NCBI RefSeq assembly: GCF_001194135.2
Contig: NC_068985.1
Location: 42,642,618-42,701,592 of the forward strand
Source: Octopus bimaculoides
Lineage: Eukaryota
Length of the DNA: 58,975 nt
Direction: 5' to 3'
Under the pieces are notes generated by a model. The model was not told the DNA's origin and searched no databases. It was given only the letters and a program-made list of their open reading frames with translations. The translations under genes were made by a program, and so were the position numbers. Of this stretch, positions 10,266-23,626 are shown piece by piece. Within the stretch, counting starts at the first letter, position 1. Every line of letters starts with the position of its first letter.

Positions 10266-13200
10266 AACACTTCTCTCACCATAAATATTAACAAGTGCGG
10301 GCGTAGCAGAGAGCAGCCTGCTGTGCCATCACCTGACTTACTTTTATTTGAGCGGCAACTGTCTCCACTCCATTGCCGTCAGGACGCAAACTGACCAACC
10401 GTAGCCCNNNNNNNNNNNNNNNNNNNNNNNNNNNNNNNNNNNNNNNNNNNNNNNNNNNNNNNNNNNNNNNNNNNNNNNNNNNNNNNNNNNNNNNNNNNNN
10501 NNNNNNNNNNNNNNNNNNNNNNNNNNNNNNNNNNNNNNNNNNNNNNNNNNNNNNNNNNNNNNNNNNNNNNNNNNNNNNNNNNNNNNNNNNNNNNNNNNNN
10601 NNNNNNNNNNNNNNNNNNNNNNNNNNNNNNNNNNNNNNNNNNNNNNNNNNNNNNNNNNNNNNNNNNNNNNNNNNNNNNNNNNNNNNNNNNNNNNNNNNNN
10701 NNNNNNNNNNNNNNNNNNNNNNNNNNNNNNNNNNNNNNNNNNNNNNNNNNNNNNNNNNNNNNNNNNNNNNNNNNNNNNNNNNNNNNNNNNNNNNNNNNNN
10801 NNNNNNNNNNNNNNNNNNNNNNNNNNNNNNNNNNNNNNNNNNNNNNNNNNNNNNNNNNNNNNNNNNNNNNNNNNNNNNNNNNNNNNNNNNNNNNNNNNNN
10901 NNNNNNNNNNNNNNNNNNNNNNNNNNNNNNNNNNNNNNNNNNNNNNNNNNNNNNNNNNNNNNNNCAACTACGAACTACAAGCATCGCCCCCGACGTCGCC
11001 AGCAGCAACACGACTCTACGACTACCAGCATCGCCACCAGCGTCAACATGACTCTACACGTACACAAGCTACCAACAGCTAACTGCAGCTTCTCTTCTCG
11101 ACCCTGTTTGTGTGATTTCTTCACCACAAAAATACAACCAGAATCCGACACCTGCGAAGAACATCTGTATTCAAGAACCCGGCCCGGCATAGAAGCCCTA
11201 ACATCACGACGAGTGATCGCTCTGCCCTAACGCTTTAACTTCTTATATAGAGACACTTACCACTGTGTACTCTAACTAAGAACTGGTATAGTTCCTTATA
11301 CGTGTTACTGACTCTATTCAATACTATGTATCTCACGCATTCACATACATGTATTACTCACACACACTCTTTTGTTTACATGACGGCCAGTCTTATATTG
11401 TGTTTTATTATGTCGCATTCACACACACACAGACATACAGTTTAATGCTCCAATAAATATTACTGTTATTCATCTTCATCGGTTGAGTCCTATCTTGTCC
11501 TTCCTGGCATTCCTAAGTTCTCTATGTTACAGAATTATAACATATTTATCATTTTATATTTTTGTGGCGACCGTGTGACGCGTTTAATAAAGGACCCTGT
11601 TTTCCATTCGTCACCATTTCTCCTTTTGGTTCGCACGGTCGTTCNNNNNNNNNNGGGCTTCTTTCAGTTTCCATCTACCAAATCCACTCACAAGATTTTG
11701 GTCGACCCGAAGCTATAGTACAAGACACCTGCCCGAGGTACCATGCAATAGGACTGAACCCAGAACCATGTGGTCGGGAAGCAAGCTTCTTACTACACCG
11801 CCACACCTTGTCTATGATCAAATAATGCATGTGTCTACTATTCAGGTCCGTGGTATTGATTAAACTCTTCCCGATAAAAATTGCTGGCTTCCTGGCTAAA
11901 TTAGAAATTGTTGTTGTTGTTGTTGTCGTCGTCGTCGTTTCTGCTGCTGCTACTGCTGCCCTGCTGTTGTTGTTGTTGCATTTAGAGTAAAATGTATTTT
12001 CTGAAGTATTTGTTAATGTTGTTGGTTGTTTGGTAGTCTTTGTAAGACATATCGTAGGTGTTTTTGGACCCAAGTTGAGTTGGTCTGTAACCGCTGTCGT
12101 GTTCTCATCTGTGAAAAATATTTCCACGTAAACACCTCATCGAGCCAACCCTCCTATTTTTTTCCAGCAGTAATTTGTCCTGTCTCATTAACCATATTTA
12201 AGGCAGCATTTGAGCAGGGTTCGGTTGCAATTCCTTAAAGGCAGAACAATCATGAAGAGGCTTTCATGCTACTTCAGGGATACTGACATCGAACTCACAA
12301 TCTCACAACTCTAAACCCAATGCTCTAACCACTATGCCATGTGGTGTTTAGTGGACAGAATGGCTGTCAATATCAGCTCCACAATCGCACTGAACACCTG
12401 GTCATGCCACCAATAGTAGCATCCATTATCTAAGGCTCCAGGGCAGCGGCTGTGAAGATGTTAGAGGGACCTTCTTTCAGTATACAGGAGATACGATGAT
12501 GCTTCACTCGTGTTCCGTGTATGAAGGTAAACTGAAGTAGACAACTTAATCGTGAAAGGAAACAGTTTTAAGAGAACAAATACATTAATGTAAGTTCTGT
12601 GTTACCTTCTCTAGGCCCATTGTAGGATTTGAACTCAGCACTGCAAGTTAACGAAGCACTTATCTATTGTCAAAATATGTGGGGGTTGAAGCTGAAACCG
12701 TATATGGTTTTAATGTGAACTAATTCAAAGATGACTTAAGGAGCCAATATTTTTCATCCTATGTCCATTAGACATTAAATATTGAGAAGCGATGTTAAGT
12801 GGAGAACATTTGTCATATGTTTGCAATTATGTATAATTATTTATGGGAATTCGTGTTTGTGCCATAAACATTGGTACTTGATGATCAGGAAACTTTAACA
12901 ACTGTTATGAAAAAGTTATGGTAAATTTCTTTTCACTTCCCAAGTCAAAACAAGCATAAATAAATATTGTGTTGGACTAAAAAAACTACCCTATCTAATA
13001 GCGATCATTATCGCATTAAGTGTTCACTAATATTCTTAAAATAGCTGCATTTAAATACAATTTCCTTGTAAGCTGAAAAACAAACTCAGCCTTCATCACT
13101 ATGTATCTGACCTAGTAAACATAAATATCTTTGTCTCTCTTTGTTCAGAATACAAAGAGAGTGGAGTGCGTAAGCTGATGGCTGAGTGATTTGGGTACAA

Positions 13201-14535
13201 AATAAAAATGTTAATTCTAACGTAACTATTGTTATAATGCTCTTTTTCTACTTTATTGAGTTCTATGTTTTACATAATCTGTTTACTTATGTTCTAAGAT
13301 GGCTACAAACAGCTTATACTCAACATGGAACCATATTTCACCATGGAGCTCAAAGAATGCAAGATTATTATTGTGATAAAGATCTATATATTACTAAACC
13401 AGCCAAATTCCAAGCCTTTGGGGCAAGAAAACGGGGACCGAAAAAACACAAGCAAAGGCACTGCAAACAAATATTTTAATTTTAACCTAACTCTTCCTAC
13501 TTATCTGATTTCCATACTGCACAAAGAAGTGTTCCCATAAGTTTAAAATTCGAAATTACACTGACGAGACCTGCGCCATTAAAACACATATGTAATTGCG
13601 GACATATTTTAGTGATTGACATATTTTCCTCACTCTGTCGCTTTTTTATCGTAAACTCTTTAAAATTATAATTCCTGTTAGCACGAACTAAACAATCAGA
13701 GAGATTGTCAAGCAGTTCGTATATCGATGCTGTCACCAAATGGTGTATTATGAGAGCCAAGATATTTTACTCCTATTAGCAGTTCGGTTAACTCTAAGTA
13801 CCAACAGGTGGTACTGTCCACTGGTGCAACAAGTAGCAATAGCGCTATAATATCGGCAGGTGTTTCCTCATTTTAAACTATTTATCACTGAGTTCAATAT
13901 TATCTGTTGTAATAGAACTTCATTCTTCAAGAGGTAACGTTAAGCATTATATAAAATATGCAGAGCTGCACAATCCAACTACATAGATGACATATATATG
14001 TATGCAAGCATGTATGTATGTATGTATGAATGTATGTATGACTTCTATTTTTGATTATTTGAAGTCTTCCTGTAAGGAAGGAACTGCTTTCTAATAAAGA
14101 TACAAAACTTTATTGTTGGAATATAGATAAAAACAAATTCATATATTAAAGTTGTGAAAAGTTTTGCATACTTTTACTGTTCCACTTACAGATTATATTT
14201 ATAGTATGCGTGTCAGCTGGTTAATTTTTGTTTTTGGAACCCCAGTTTATCCTGATTGAATCTTAAGTATTTTACTTACAAAATCAAGTGCACCGATTAT
14301 TATTGATATAAAAGAGAATTTATAATCTGGTTATAGAAGCTGGAGATTTTGAAGCAGTTGTCTGTAGTTATCCTCTTTCCATTTGGTTTTCGAAGAGATA
14401 TTCACATCAGAAGAGCAGGTGATCTCTATGATGCAACATATATTTTCTTGTCTGTCCCAGACAATGACATCTGTTGTGTTGGCACTTGGTAGCAGTTTTA
14501 ATAGGGATGCTCCACCAATATTCCTTGTGTTAACA

Positions 14536-14753
14536 AGGCGGCGAGCTGGCAGAAAGGTTAGCACACCAGGCGAAATGCTTAGCGGTATTTCATGTCTTTA
14601 TGTTCTGAGTTCAAATTCCGCGGGAGTCAACTTTGCCTTTCATCCTTTCGAGATCGATAAATTAAGTACCAGTTGCATACTGGGTTCGAATCTAATCGAC
14701 TGGCTCCCTCCCCAAAAATGTCAGGCTTTGTGCCTAGAGTAGAAAAGAATATT
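14536..14753 (+). mobile_element. tRNA-derived SINE family B, near full length
   Basis: ggcggcgagctggcagaa..ctgagttcaaattcc..ctttgcctttcatcctttc..taagtaccagttg..tttgtgcctagagtagaaaag. Other copies at about 15050-15160(-), 21380-21600(-), 30260-30380(+), 39330-39535(-), 39840-39990(-), 42925-43090(-). Confidence 0.85.
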
Positions 14754-15612
14754 CCTTGTGTCAACGTTTACACTTTTATGTGTGTATTCTATAACAAGAG
14801 ATGGAGTCTCTATATTTATCACGCATCAGGCGTTTTTCAGAGGGCAATGTATTTTGTTTTAGCAACATATGTATGCATGTACAAGCGCGCGCGCGTGTGT
14901 GTACATACATACACATATACAAGGTATTAAAAGTAATATTAATATGCTTGTATAGTTTTTCAGTGTTTTTCGATTTCAGTATAACATCCACTGTTTGTGA
15001 AACCTATCCTTGTAATGTCCCCTTAAAGGAATTATCAACATCACCACCACAATCATCAACTTGTACTTATTTCATCGACCCCGAAGGGATGAAAGACAAA
15101 GTCGACCTCAGTAGAATTTGAACTCAGAAAGTAAAATCAGAAGAAATGCCACTAAGCTGTTTCATTTAGTTGACAAGAATGTTCCCAGTATTTCTTTCAT
15201 TTCAGGTATTTCTATTGTGTATGTAAGTTACCTTTTTCAAACACAACAATATTTATTTCTTAGATTCTTAGTGTTGTAGGCCTACTGACTGTACAAACCA
15301 TGCATCTGCTAATTTCCAATGTGACTACGTTAACCACTACACCACAGAGTATCAGGAAACCACAGTTCTCCAAATTCACTGCTTCAATCTATTACATCCC
15401 TGTAACATAGCGGTTCGGCAAACGAAACCATGTGAATGGGAAACAAGCTTCTTACCACACAGCCATGCCGGCGCATGTATATATGTGTGTATACATGTGT
15501 GTATATATGTGCGTATACACGCGCACATATATGTATGTGTATATATGTGCGTATACACACGCACACACACACATGCACACACACACATACACACACACAT
15601 GCACACACACAT

Positions 15613-15649
<37 letters not shown>

Positions 15650-15654
15650 TATAT

Positions 15655-15920
15655 AGTTCCACTGCGTGGCACCTTGAGCAGGTGTCTTTTACTATAGCCT
15701 TGGGCCGACCAATGCTTTGCGAGTGGATATGGTAGAGGGAAACTGAAAGAAGCCCATCGTATATATCTTATTTTATGTGTGTCTCTGTGTGTGTGCCTTC
15801 ATATTGTGTTTGTTCCCCATCACCGCTTGACAACAGGTGTTGTTGGTTCTATATCCCCGTAACTTAGTGGTTCGGGAAAGAGACTGCTAAAATAAATACC
15901 AAGCTTAACAAAAATATAAG
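15655..15920 (+). mobile_element. SINE family A interrupted at 15920 by a MITE
   Basis: Family A middle part stops at aaatataag, where ggatctatttcaaaacgggggcaccagt begins. Confidence 0.75.
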
Positions 15921-16280
15921 GGATCTATTTCAAAACGGGGGCACCAGTATTTTCTTAACGAAGCACTAACGAAACACTTTGAAACTTGGGACACTGGTAG
16001 AATGTGTCATATAAAACATCTTTTACTCTTAGTCTTCTTAACAAAAAAACGTACATCGCAAGTTATTCCATGTTAAAGTTGTCGTATTTCTGTAATTTCA
16101 ACCAATCACTGACGTCTATTCAGCTGAATAGAGTCACTGCTGGGCGGTCATAAAAATGTTATTCCCTGTGACATATTTCATCCGGTTTAATCGTAATTTA
16201 TACGCATATATTGTTTATATAATAAATTACGCTGTGCGTATCTATGTGTGTAACAATTTTAGAGTTCGGATTCTAGAGTT
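15921..16280 (+). mobile_element. Partial copy of the GG-ended MITE family (right end in gap)
   Basis: First about 200 nt closely match 28662-28860. Confidence 0.8.
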
Positions 16281-16846
16281 NNNNNNNNNNNNNNNNNNNN
16301 NNNNNNNNNNNNNNNNNNNNNNNNNNNNNNNNNNNNNNNNNNNNNNNNNNNNNNNNNNNNNNNNNNNNNNNNNNNNNNNNNNNNNNNNNNNNNNNNNNNN
16401 NNNNNNNNNNNNNNNNNNNNNNNNNNNNNNNNNNNNNNNNNNNNNNNNNNNNNNNNNNNNNNNNNNNNNNNNNNNNNNNNNNNNNNNNNNNNNNNNNNNN
16501 NNNNNNNNNNNNNNNNNNNNNNNNNNNNNNNNNNNNNNNNNNNNNNNNNNNNNNNNNNNNNNNNNNNNNNNNNNNNNNNNNNNNNNNNNNNNNNNNNNNN
16601 NNNNNNNNNNNNNNNNNNNNNNNNNNNNNNNNNNNNNNNNNNNNNNNNNNNNNNNNNNNNNNNNNNNNNNNNNNNNNNNNNNNNNNNNNNNNNNNNNNNN
16701 NNNNNNNNNNNNNNNNNNNNNNNNNNNNNNNNNNNNNNNNNNNNNNNNNNNNNNNNNNNNNNNNNNNNNNNNNNNNNNNNNNNNNNNNNNNNNNNNNNNN
16801 NNNNNNNNNNNNNNNNNNNNNNNNNNNNNNNNNNNNNNNNNNNNNN

Positions 16847-17330
16847 ACTTCTTTTATTCTTCAAAATTAAGATAAACAAAGTTCTTTTTTAATCTAAAAT
16901 ATACTCTCCTTCATTTTCTACAATGCTCTTCCATCTATCTGGTAGACTTGCAAAGCCCCTCTTCCAAAATTCACTTGTCCGTGACGAAAATTACTCCTCC
17001 AGTACTGTTCTAACTTTGTCTACAGAATTCATATTTTTTTCCGTCCAAATGATTTGGAAGACTGTGGAATAAATGATAATCAGATGGGGCAATGTCCAGC
17101 GAATATAATGGGTGGGGCATCGTTTCCCATTCAAGCTGCTCCAGTCTTTGGAATTTCATCATCACTGTATGTGGCTGAGCATTATCCTGATGGAAGAACA
17201 CCTTTTCTCTTGAAACCAAAGATGGTCGTTTTTCTTCTAGTGCTGACATAAACTGCTCAAGATGCTCGCAGTAGATCTCCTTTGTTATCGTTTGGTTCGG
17301 GTTTAAAAGTTCAAAGTGGTCTAAACCTTA
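16847..17330 (-). mobile_element. Fragment of a second mariner family (transposase C-terminal half)
   Basis: GLDHFELLNPNQTITKEIYCEHLEQFMSALEEKRP..FHQDNAQPH..HPLYSLDIAPSDYHLFHSL. Confidence 0.9.
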
Positions 17331-17839
17331 CATATCCTTCTTTAGCCGGTGTTTCTCCTTTCCCTACTCACGGTCTTCAGTGCTTGACATGAAAAGAATT
17401 CAAAAATCCTTGTATAGAACTGTGCGCTTCACAGTTCCAGCGACGTAGTGTTTGGTTGTTGTGCGCATGCTCACATGTCCGAGATAGGAAGCTTCACACT
17501 AGGGAGAGAGAGCACTGCATGAACGACAATGCCAGGTGAAAGGTAGTGTTTCCTTTGACTCCGTGTGTGTTGTGCTTAAAAACGTGTTTATATTCTTGAA
17601 TGTGATAAAGTGTAGAATTAGATTATTATCCTGCTTCTAGCTTCAATGTTGCTGCCACGATTTGAAAAATAGGGCACATTTCTCCCCACCCCTTATTTTG
17701 TGATTTAGGGGGGATTTTTGAAAAACAAGAGGCAATTCACGGCGGTGTTCAGTGAACAATTAATACACTACCCAACAGTAGCTAAAACATGAACCGATCA
17801 AGTTTATGTATAAATTTTCTTTTTATATGTTTTTCTTTT

Positions 17840-18025
17840 ATTCTTTTACTTGTTTTAGTCATTTGACTGCGACCATGCTAGAGCACCACCTTTAGGTGAG
17901 CAAATCGACCCCAGGACTTATTCTTTGTAAGCCTAGTACTTATTCTATCGGTTTCTTTTGCCGAACTGCTAAGTTACGGGGACGTAAACACACCAGCATC
18001 AGTTGTCAAGTGATGTTGGGGGGAA

Positions 18026-18030
<5 letters not shown>
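17840..18030 (-). mobile_element. SINE family A, 3' half, running into (CA)n and a gap
   Basis: cttttacttgttttagtcatttgactgcgaccatgctagagcacc.. Confidence 0.8.
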
Positions 18031-18073
<43 letters not shown>

Positions 18074-19264
18074 NNNNNNNNNNNNNNNNNNNNNNNNNNN
18101 NNNNNNNNNNNNNNNNNNNNNNNNNNNNNNNNNNNNNNNNNNNNNNNNNNNNNNNNNNNNNNNNNNNNNNNNNNNNNNNNNNNNNNNNNNNNNNNNNNNN
18201 NNNNNNNNNNNNNNNNNNNNNNNNNNNNNNNNNNNNNNNNNNNNNNNNNNNNNNNNNNNNNNNNNNNNNNNNNNNNNNNNNNNNNNNNNNNNNNNNNNNN
18301 NNNNNNNNNNNNNNNNNNNNNNNNNNNNNNNNNNNNNNNNNNNNNNNNNNNNNNNNNNNNNNNNNNNNNNNNNNNNNNNNNNNNNNNNNNNNNNNNNNNN
18401 NNNNNNNNNNNNNNNNNNNNNNNNNNNNNNNNNNNNNNNNNNNNNNNNNNNNNNNNNNNNNNNNNNNNNNNNNNNNNNNNNNNNNNNNNNNNNNNNNNNN
18501 NNNNNNNNNNNNNNNNNNNNNNNNNNNNNNNNNNNNNNNNNNNNNNNNNNNNNNNNNNNNNNNNNNNNNNNNNNNNNNNNNNNNNNNNNNNNNNNNNNNN
18601 NNNNNNNNNNNNNNNNNNNNNNNNNNNNNNNNNNNNNNNNNNNNNNNNNNNNNNNNNNNNNNNNNNNNNNNNNNNNNNNNNNNNNNNNNNNNNNNNNNAG
18701 TAGGCATAGAGACGGTGAGGGCAGTAGTAGATTGATAGTTGAGATGGTAGTGGGGTGATAGTAATAGCATAATCTGTAGTTGTGATAGAGGCGGCGGCGG
18801 TGGTGGTGGTGGTGGTGGTGGTGGTGGCTCAGGTGGTCAAGCATGACGTTGATAGTAAGGAATGTGAAAGACAGTGGTGGAGGGGAAGGCAGCCAAGTGA
18901 AAAGTGTTGATGGTGGTGGCATCAGAAGTTTGAAAGGTGTGTGCATAGCAGTTGTGATGGCGATGGTGGTGATACTGGTGATGGTGATGGCTGAAAACAA
19001 TCAACAGAAAGAAAGAGGTTAGAAAGAAAAAAGAATTGATTCCCAAATGGGAAGACAAAAAATGTTGTTTATCATGAAGCGTTGCAATAAGTTCCAAGTT
19101 GACATATTACATCATTATTTTGACGAAAATTGTTCATTGCTTGAAAAATATTGGTCAAGTTTTAAAAAATTTAATATATACTCAATGCATGAAGTGTCAT
19201 TATTAGGCTCAATCAAAGCCCAATGAAGAACTCTCCACAGGAGCTAACTTAAAATATACAGAAT

Positions 19265-19299
<35 letters not shown>

Positions 19300-19798
19300 T
19301 ACGTACACACATGTATACATACATGCATACATACATATATGCACACACATACATACATACTGAGTGTACAAACTATTCAACGCGGTGAATAGTTTGTACA
19401 TACATATCTATGTATACGTACACACACGTATACATACATACATACATACATATATGCATACACACACATACATACATGCATACATACATGAATACATACA
19501 TACATATATGCATACACAAGCACATATGCACGCTGATGCACACACATGCGCACAAACAGATAAAAAGAGAACGTAGCTCCAATAATGTATAGAGTCTACA
19601 ACCATTGACGAGGTTGCAAAAGCAACAAAAATTTTGGAAGAAAAAATACAAATAATAAAAGAGTAGAAATCGAACTAGTGAGTGTGTTAGACAATAAGAT
19701 ATTAAGACAATATGACTCTCCCCAAACACAACATAATTTGCTTCAACACACAAATTCACATAAAGAATCTTGCAAACCAGATACAAAAACGAAGTATA

Positions 19799-19840
<42 letters not shown>

Positions 19841-22041
19841 TGTTTGGTAATTGAATAATTTTCGATAAATTGAAAGGACTTGATTCGAGGAAGAGTCAAA
19901 AGTGGTCTTTATACATACTCAAGACACAGAAATAGCCACTTTATATTTTGTACAGATGCATTCCGATTTTATTCAAGAAGAGTGCAATGTTTTATGTTGC
20001 ATCAACAACCTATCAAGTTGAGAACAAATATGGCTATCGAGACAGTATGATAGTGAACAACAAAAAGCAACTGATAGCCTGTTAATTGAAATGAGAGAGA
20101 TTAAACTTATGAGACCGGATAACTCAGGTACTTTGAAAGATTAGACCATTTGTATTGTATGTGTGTAAAAAGAAACCAGCCTTACATATAACAAATGAAA
20201 TATTTTGTTGGTGCCTCCACACCGATAAATATATTTTAGCCCAATGGAAAATTCGCAAACACTCGACTAACCTTTCACACACTTTTCCCTTTCCACACTT
20301 TGGCTAGTATTCCCTTCACCAATAAACTGTTGGGGTTATGCACACGTGTGCACGGACACTCACATAAATACTTTTATATGTATGTTTTACATTATGGTTT
20401 GGACAATCCCTATTTAGAATACAAAAATATTAACTTCTATTGCCGGATTTACTCTCGTACTGCAGAAATATCTTCCTTAAAAACACTTTCAGATAGATCT
20501 ACATGAACATCTGTATATATTCAAGTGTCTCAAGTGTATGTGTGTCTGAGCCACTCTGTTATATATATCCTCTGTTCATATTATCTTGTATCTCAGCATA
20601 GATATAAAACATATATATGGATGACGTGTCTAAGTGCATATTTATAGACAAACACACACAATACAAAACACAATATGTCTAAAAAAAAAGTTAGTAATTG
20701 GTAGAAACTTTCTATATAAGGAAACAAAAGGGATGTTTCAGTGAAAAAATAGAACAAAAATAAAGCAGTTATACTTTGTTTACTAGAAATAGTCAATAGC
20801 CTGTTTAATTATAATAAAATTCAAACTAAGATATATATATATATATATATATATATATGGGGTGGGAGAGGATTTCGTTTAATTTTAGGACATAAGGGAA
20901 TTACTTTTTGAAATAAATGAAAAGCCCTGGATGATCAAAAAAAGTATATACTCATATAAATTGCACACATGCACGTGTGTGCCTGTAATTCAAGGCGCGT
21001 TACTTTGTGTTTGGGGTGTTGAGTTCATGATCATTAGATCACAGTTTCAATTCTCAGACAGGGTGGTGTGTTGTGTCTATATTGAACTCAGTTATAATTA
21101 TTTTAAACTGACAAGACACCTGCAAGGCACTTCATTTCATGTTGCTCCAGTATCCATCACTGAAGAAACAGGTACTCCATCGGTTACAAGACGAGAGATC
21201 CTAGTTAATACGATCAACCAAACAGCGTGCTTGTGAAATTGAAGGGTAAGTGGCTGAACACGCTACAGGTACATGCACCCTTAAAGTAGTTCTTGAGGAG
21301 ATTCAGTATGACACAGAGTGTCACAAGGTTGGCCCTTTGGATTACAGGTACAACTCATTTCTTATTTCTTTATTGCCTACAAGGGGCTAAACATAGAGGG
21401 GGACAAACAAGGACCGACAAAGGTATTAAGTCGATTACATCGACCCCAGTGCATAACTGGTACTTAATCTATCGACCCCGAAAGGATGAAAGGCAAAGTC
21501 GACCTCGGCGGAATTTGAACTCAGATCATAACGGCAGACAAAATACCGCTAAGCATTTCACCCGGAGTGTTAACGTTTCTGCCAGCTCGCCGCCTTTCTG
21601 CCAACTCATTTCTGCCAGCTAAGTGCACCAGAGCAACATTAAATTAAATGTTTCGCTCAAGGACACAACTCAGTGCCAGGAATTGAACTCATGACTTCAT
21701 GACCATGAGCCGAATACACTAACCACTCAGCCATGTGCCTTCACTACTCAACTGCAGAAGAGTACCAGTGGCAGTTGAGGGTTAACCATGTGGCAAATTG
21801 GCATGCTGTTCAAGACGATGAGGTGTAGAGTTTGATTCTCTTGGCCTAAACACCCTCAGTATCTAGATAAGCTCCAGCTCCATGAAAATATAGGCTCTAA
21901 GCAGACAGGGATCAATAAAATAAAATATCTCTCAAGTACTGAAGTTGATAGTATTCCACAACTAACACCCTATCCTTAAAATTTATGGCCTTGTACCTAA
22001 ATTAGAGACCATTATTATTATTATTATTAAATACTCACAAA

Positions 22042-22073
<32 letters not shown>

Positions 22074-22424
22074 CTTTTATTCTCTTATATGTTTTAGTCA
22101 TAAGGCTATGCGTGCATATATTTTTTTTTTTTTTTTTTTCAGTCATTTGACTGCAGCCATGCTGGAGCACCACCTTGAAGGGTCTTAGCCAAACAAATCG
22201 ACCCCAGGACTTATTTCTTAAGCCTAGTACTTATTTTATCGGTTCCATTTGCTGAACTGCTAAGTTACAGGGATATAAACACACCACCACTGGTTGTCAA
22301 GCAGTGATGGGAGGACAAATACATGCACAAAGACACACACACTTAGATACATTATCGTCATCATCATCATCATCATCACTGTCATCATCATCATCATCAC
22401 TGTCATCATCATCATCATCACCGT

Positions 22425-22770
22425 CATCATTTAACATCCGCTTTCCTTGCTGTCGTGGGTTAGACTGTTTGGAACTGGTAAGCCAGAGTGCTGCACCAGG
22501 TTCCAGTCTGATTTAGCATGGTTTCTGCAGCTGGATGCCCTTCCTAATGGCAACCACTCCAAGAGTGCTTTTTATGTGTCACCATCTACATGTCACCGGC
22601 AGTGGTCATGATCACGATTTCATGAGTGCCATTTACATGACACTGGCAATGACTACAACTTCTGTTTCCTTAACAAGTTTTCTCAAGCACAGAATATCAC
22701 CAAGGCCTTGGTCGCTTGTCCTCACCTCCATGAGGCACAACATTCAAAGATCATGCTTTGTCCAGGTATG
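22425..22770 (-). mobile_element. RTE-type 3' tail repeat (family C) with (CAT)n tail
   Basis: Reverse complement of the tail at 48570-48750 (ctggatgcccttcctaa..; tttaacatccgctttcc). Confidence 0.75.
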
Positions 22771-23591
22771 TATCTTGAAAATTGTTGCAGGGACACAAAG
22801 CACATATCCATTCTTTTTTATAACATAAAAACAAACAAACTAACAGATAAGTGAAAATTCTTTAAACAGCTGTTGTTCTAGTTTGTATGATAATATTTTA
22901 GCAAACTGAATTTTTTTGTCTTTTGCTGACAAAGCAATGATATAATTCTTGTCAGCAAGGAATGCAGTTAATCTTTTGCTATAAAAATTGTTATTGGTGG
23001 ATAACTGGATAAACTATTGCAAATCAAAATCTTTCTTCTGCATTCCCATCCACCTAACTTCTTTATCTGTGTTAAAGGAGTTTGTATTTCTTGATCTTTA
23101 TATTTCTATGTATTTTAAAAAAAGAAAATCTCATTGGATTATCTTTCTCTTCTGGAAATATTCATGCTCCTTGATTGGGCTTGTGCTTTTACAGCACCTT
23201 TCAATAAGAATAATCTTTTCATTGTTAAGTTCACTTCAATTTCTTCCACTTCTACTAAAGTGAAAGCTCCACATAATTTCTTTAGGAGACACACTTTTAC
23301 TGTTTCCTCTTTTCTTTTACATAGCATGGAAATCTTTCTCAATTCTTTTGTTTCCAGAAATTGTCCCCAGTACTTAATGGAATGCCGCATCATTTGATAA
23401 ATTTCTCAATATTTCACCCAAAATCTAGGAACCAGTTTTGCAGCCATTGATATATATTTATACATTATTTATATGTTTGTGTAAATATGTACAAATGTAT
23501 GTACTTGTGCATATACATATATGTATGTATGTGTGTGTGTATGCATATATATTTATATATTTCATATGTAACTATATATATATTTCAGATG

Positions 23592-23626
<35 letters not shown>

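Noticed and set aside
13186-13980. Non-repetitive ORFs on both strands (13186-13479 plus, 13497-13760 minus)
   Set aside because: No recognisable domain, stops in flanking frames and no consistent splice pairs.
1404-19840. Many ORFs rich in VC/HT/YI dipeptides or X runs
   Set aside because: They are translations of (GT)n, (CA)n and (AT)n microsatellites and assembly gaps.
19955-20130. Acceptor tttgtacag and donor-like caggtact bounding a possible plus-strand exon
   Set aside because: All three frames contain stops between the two sites.
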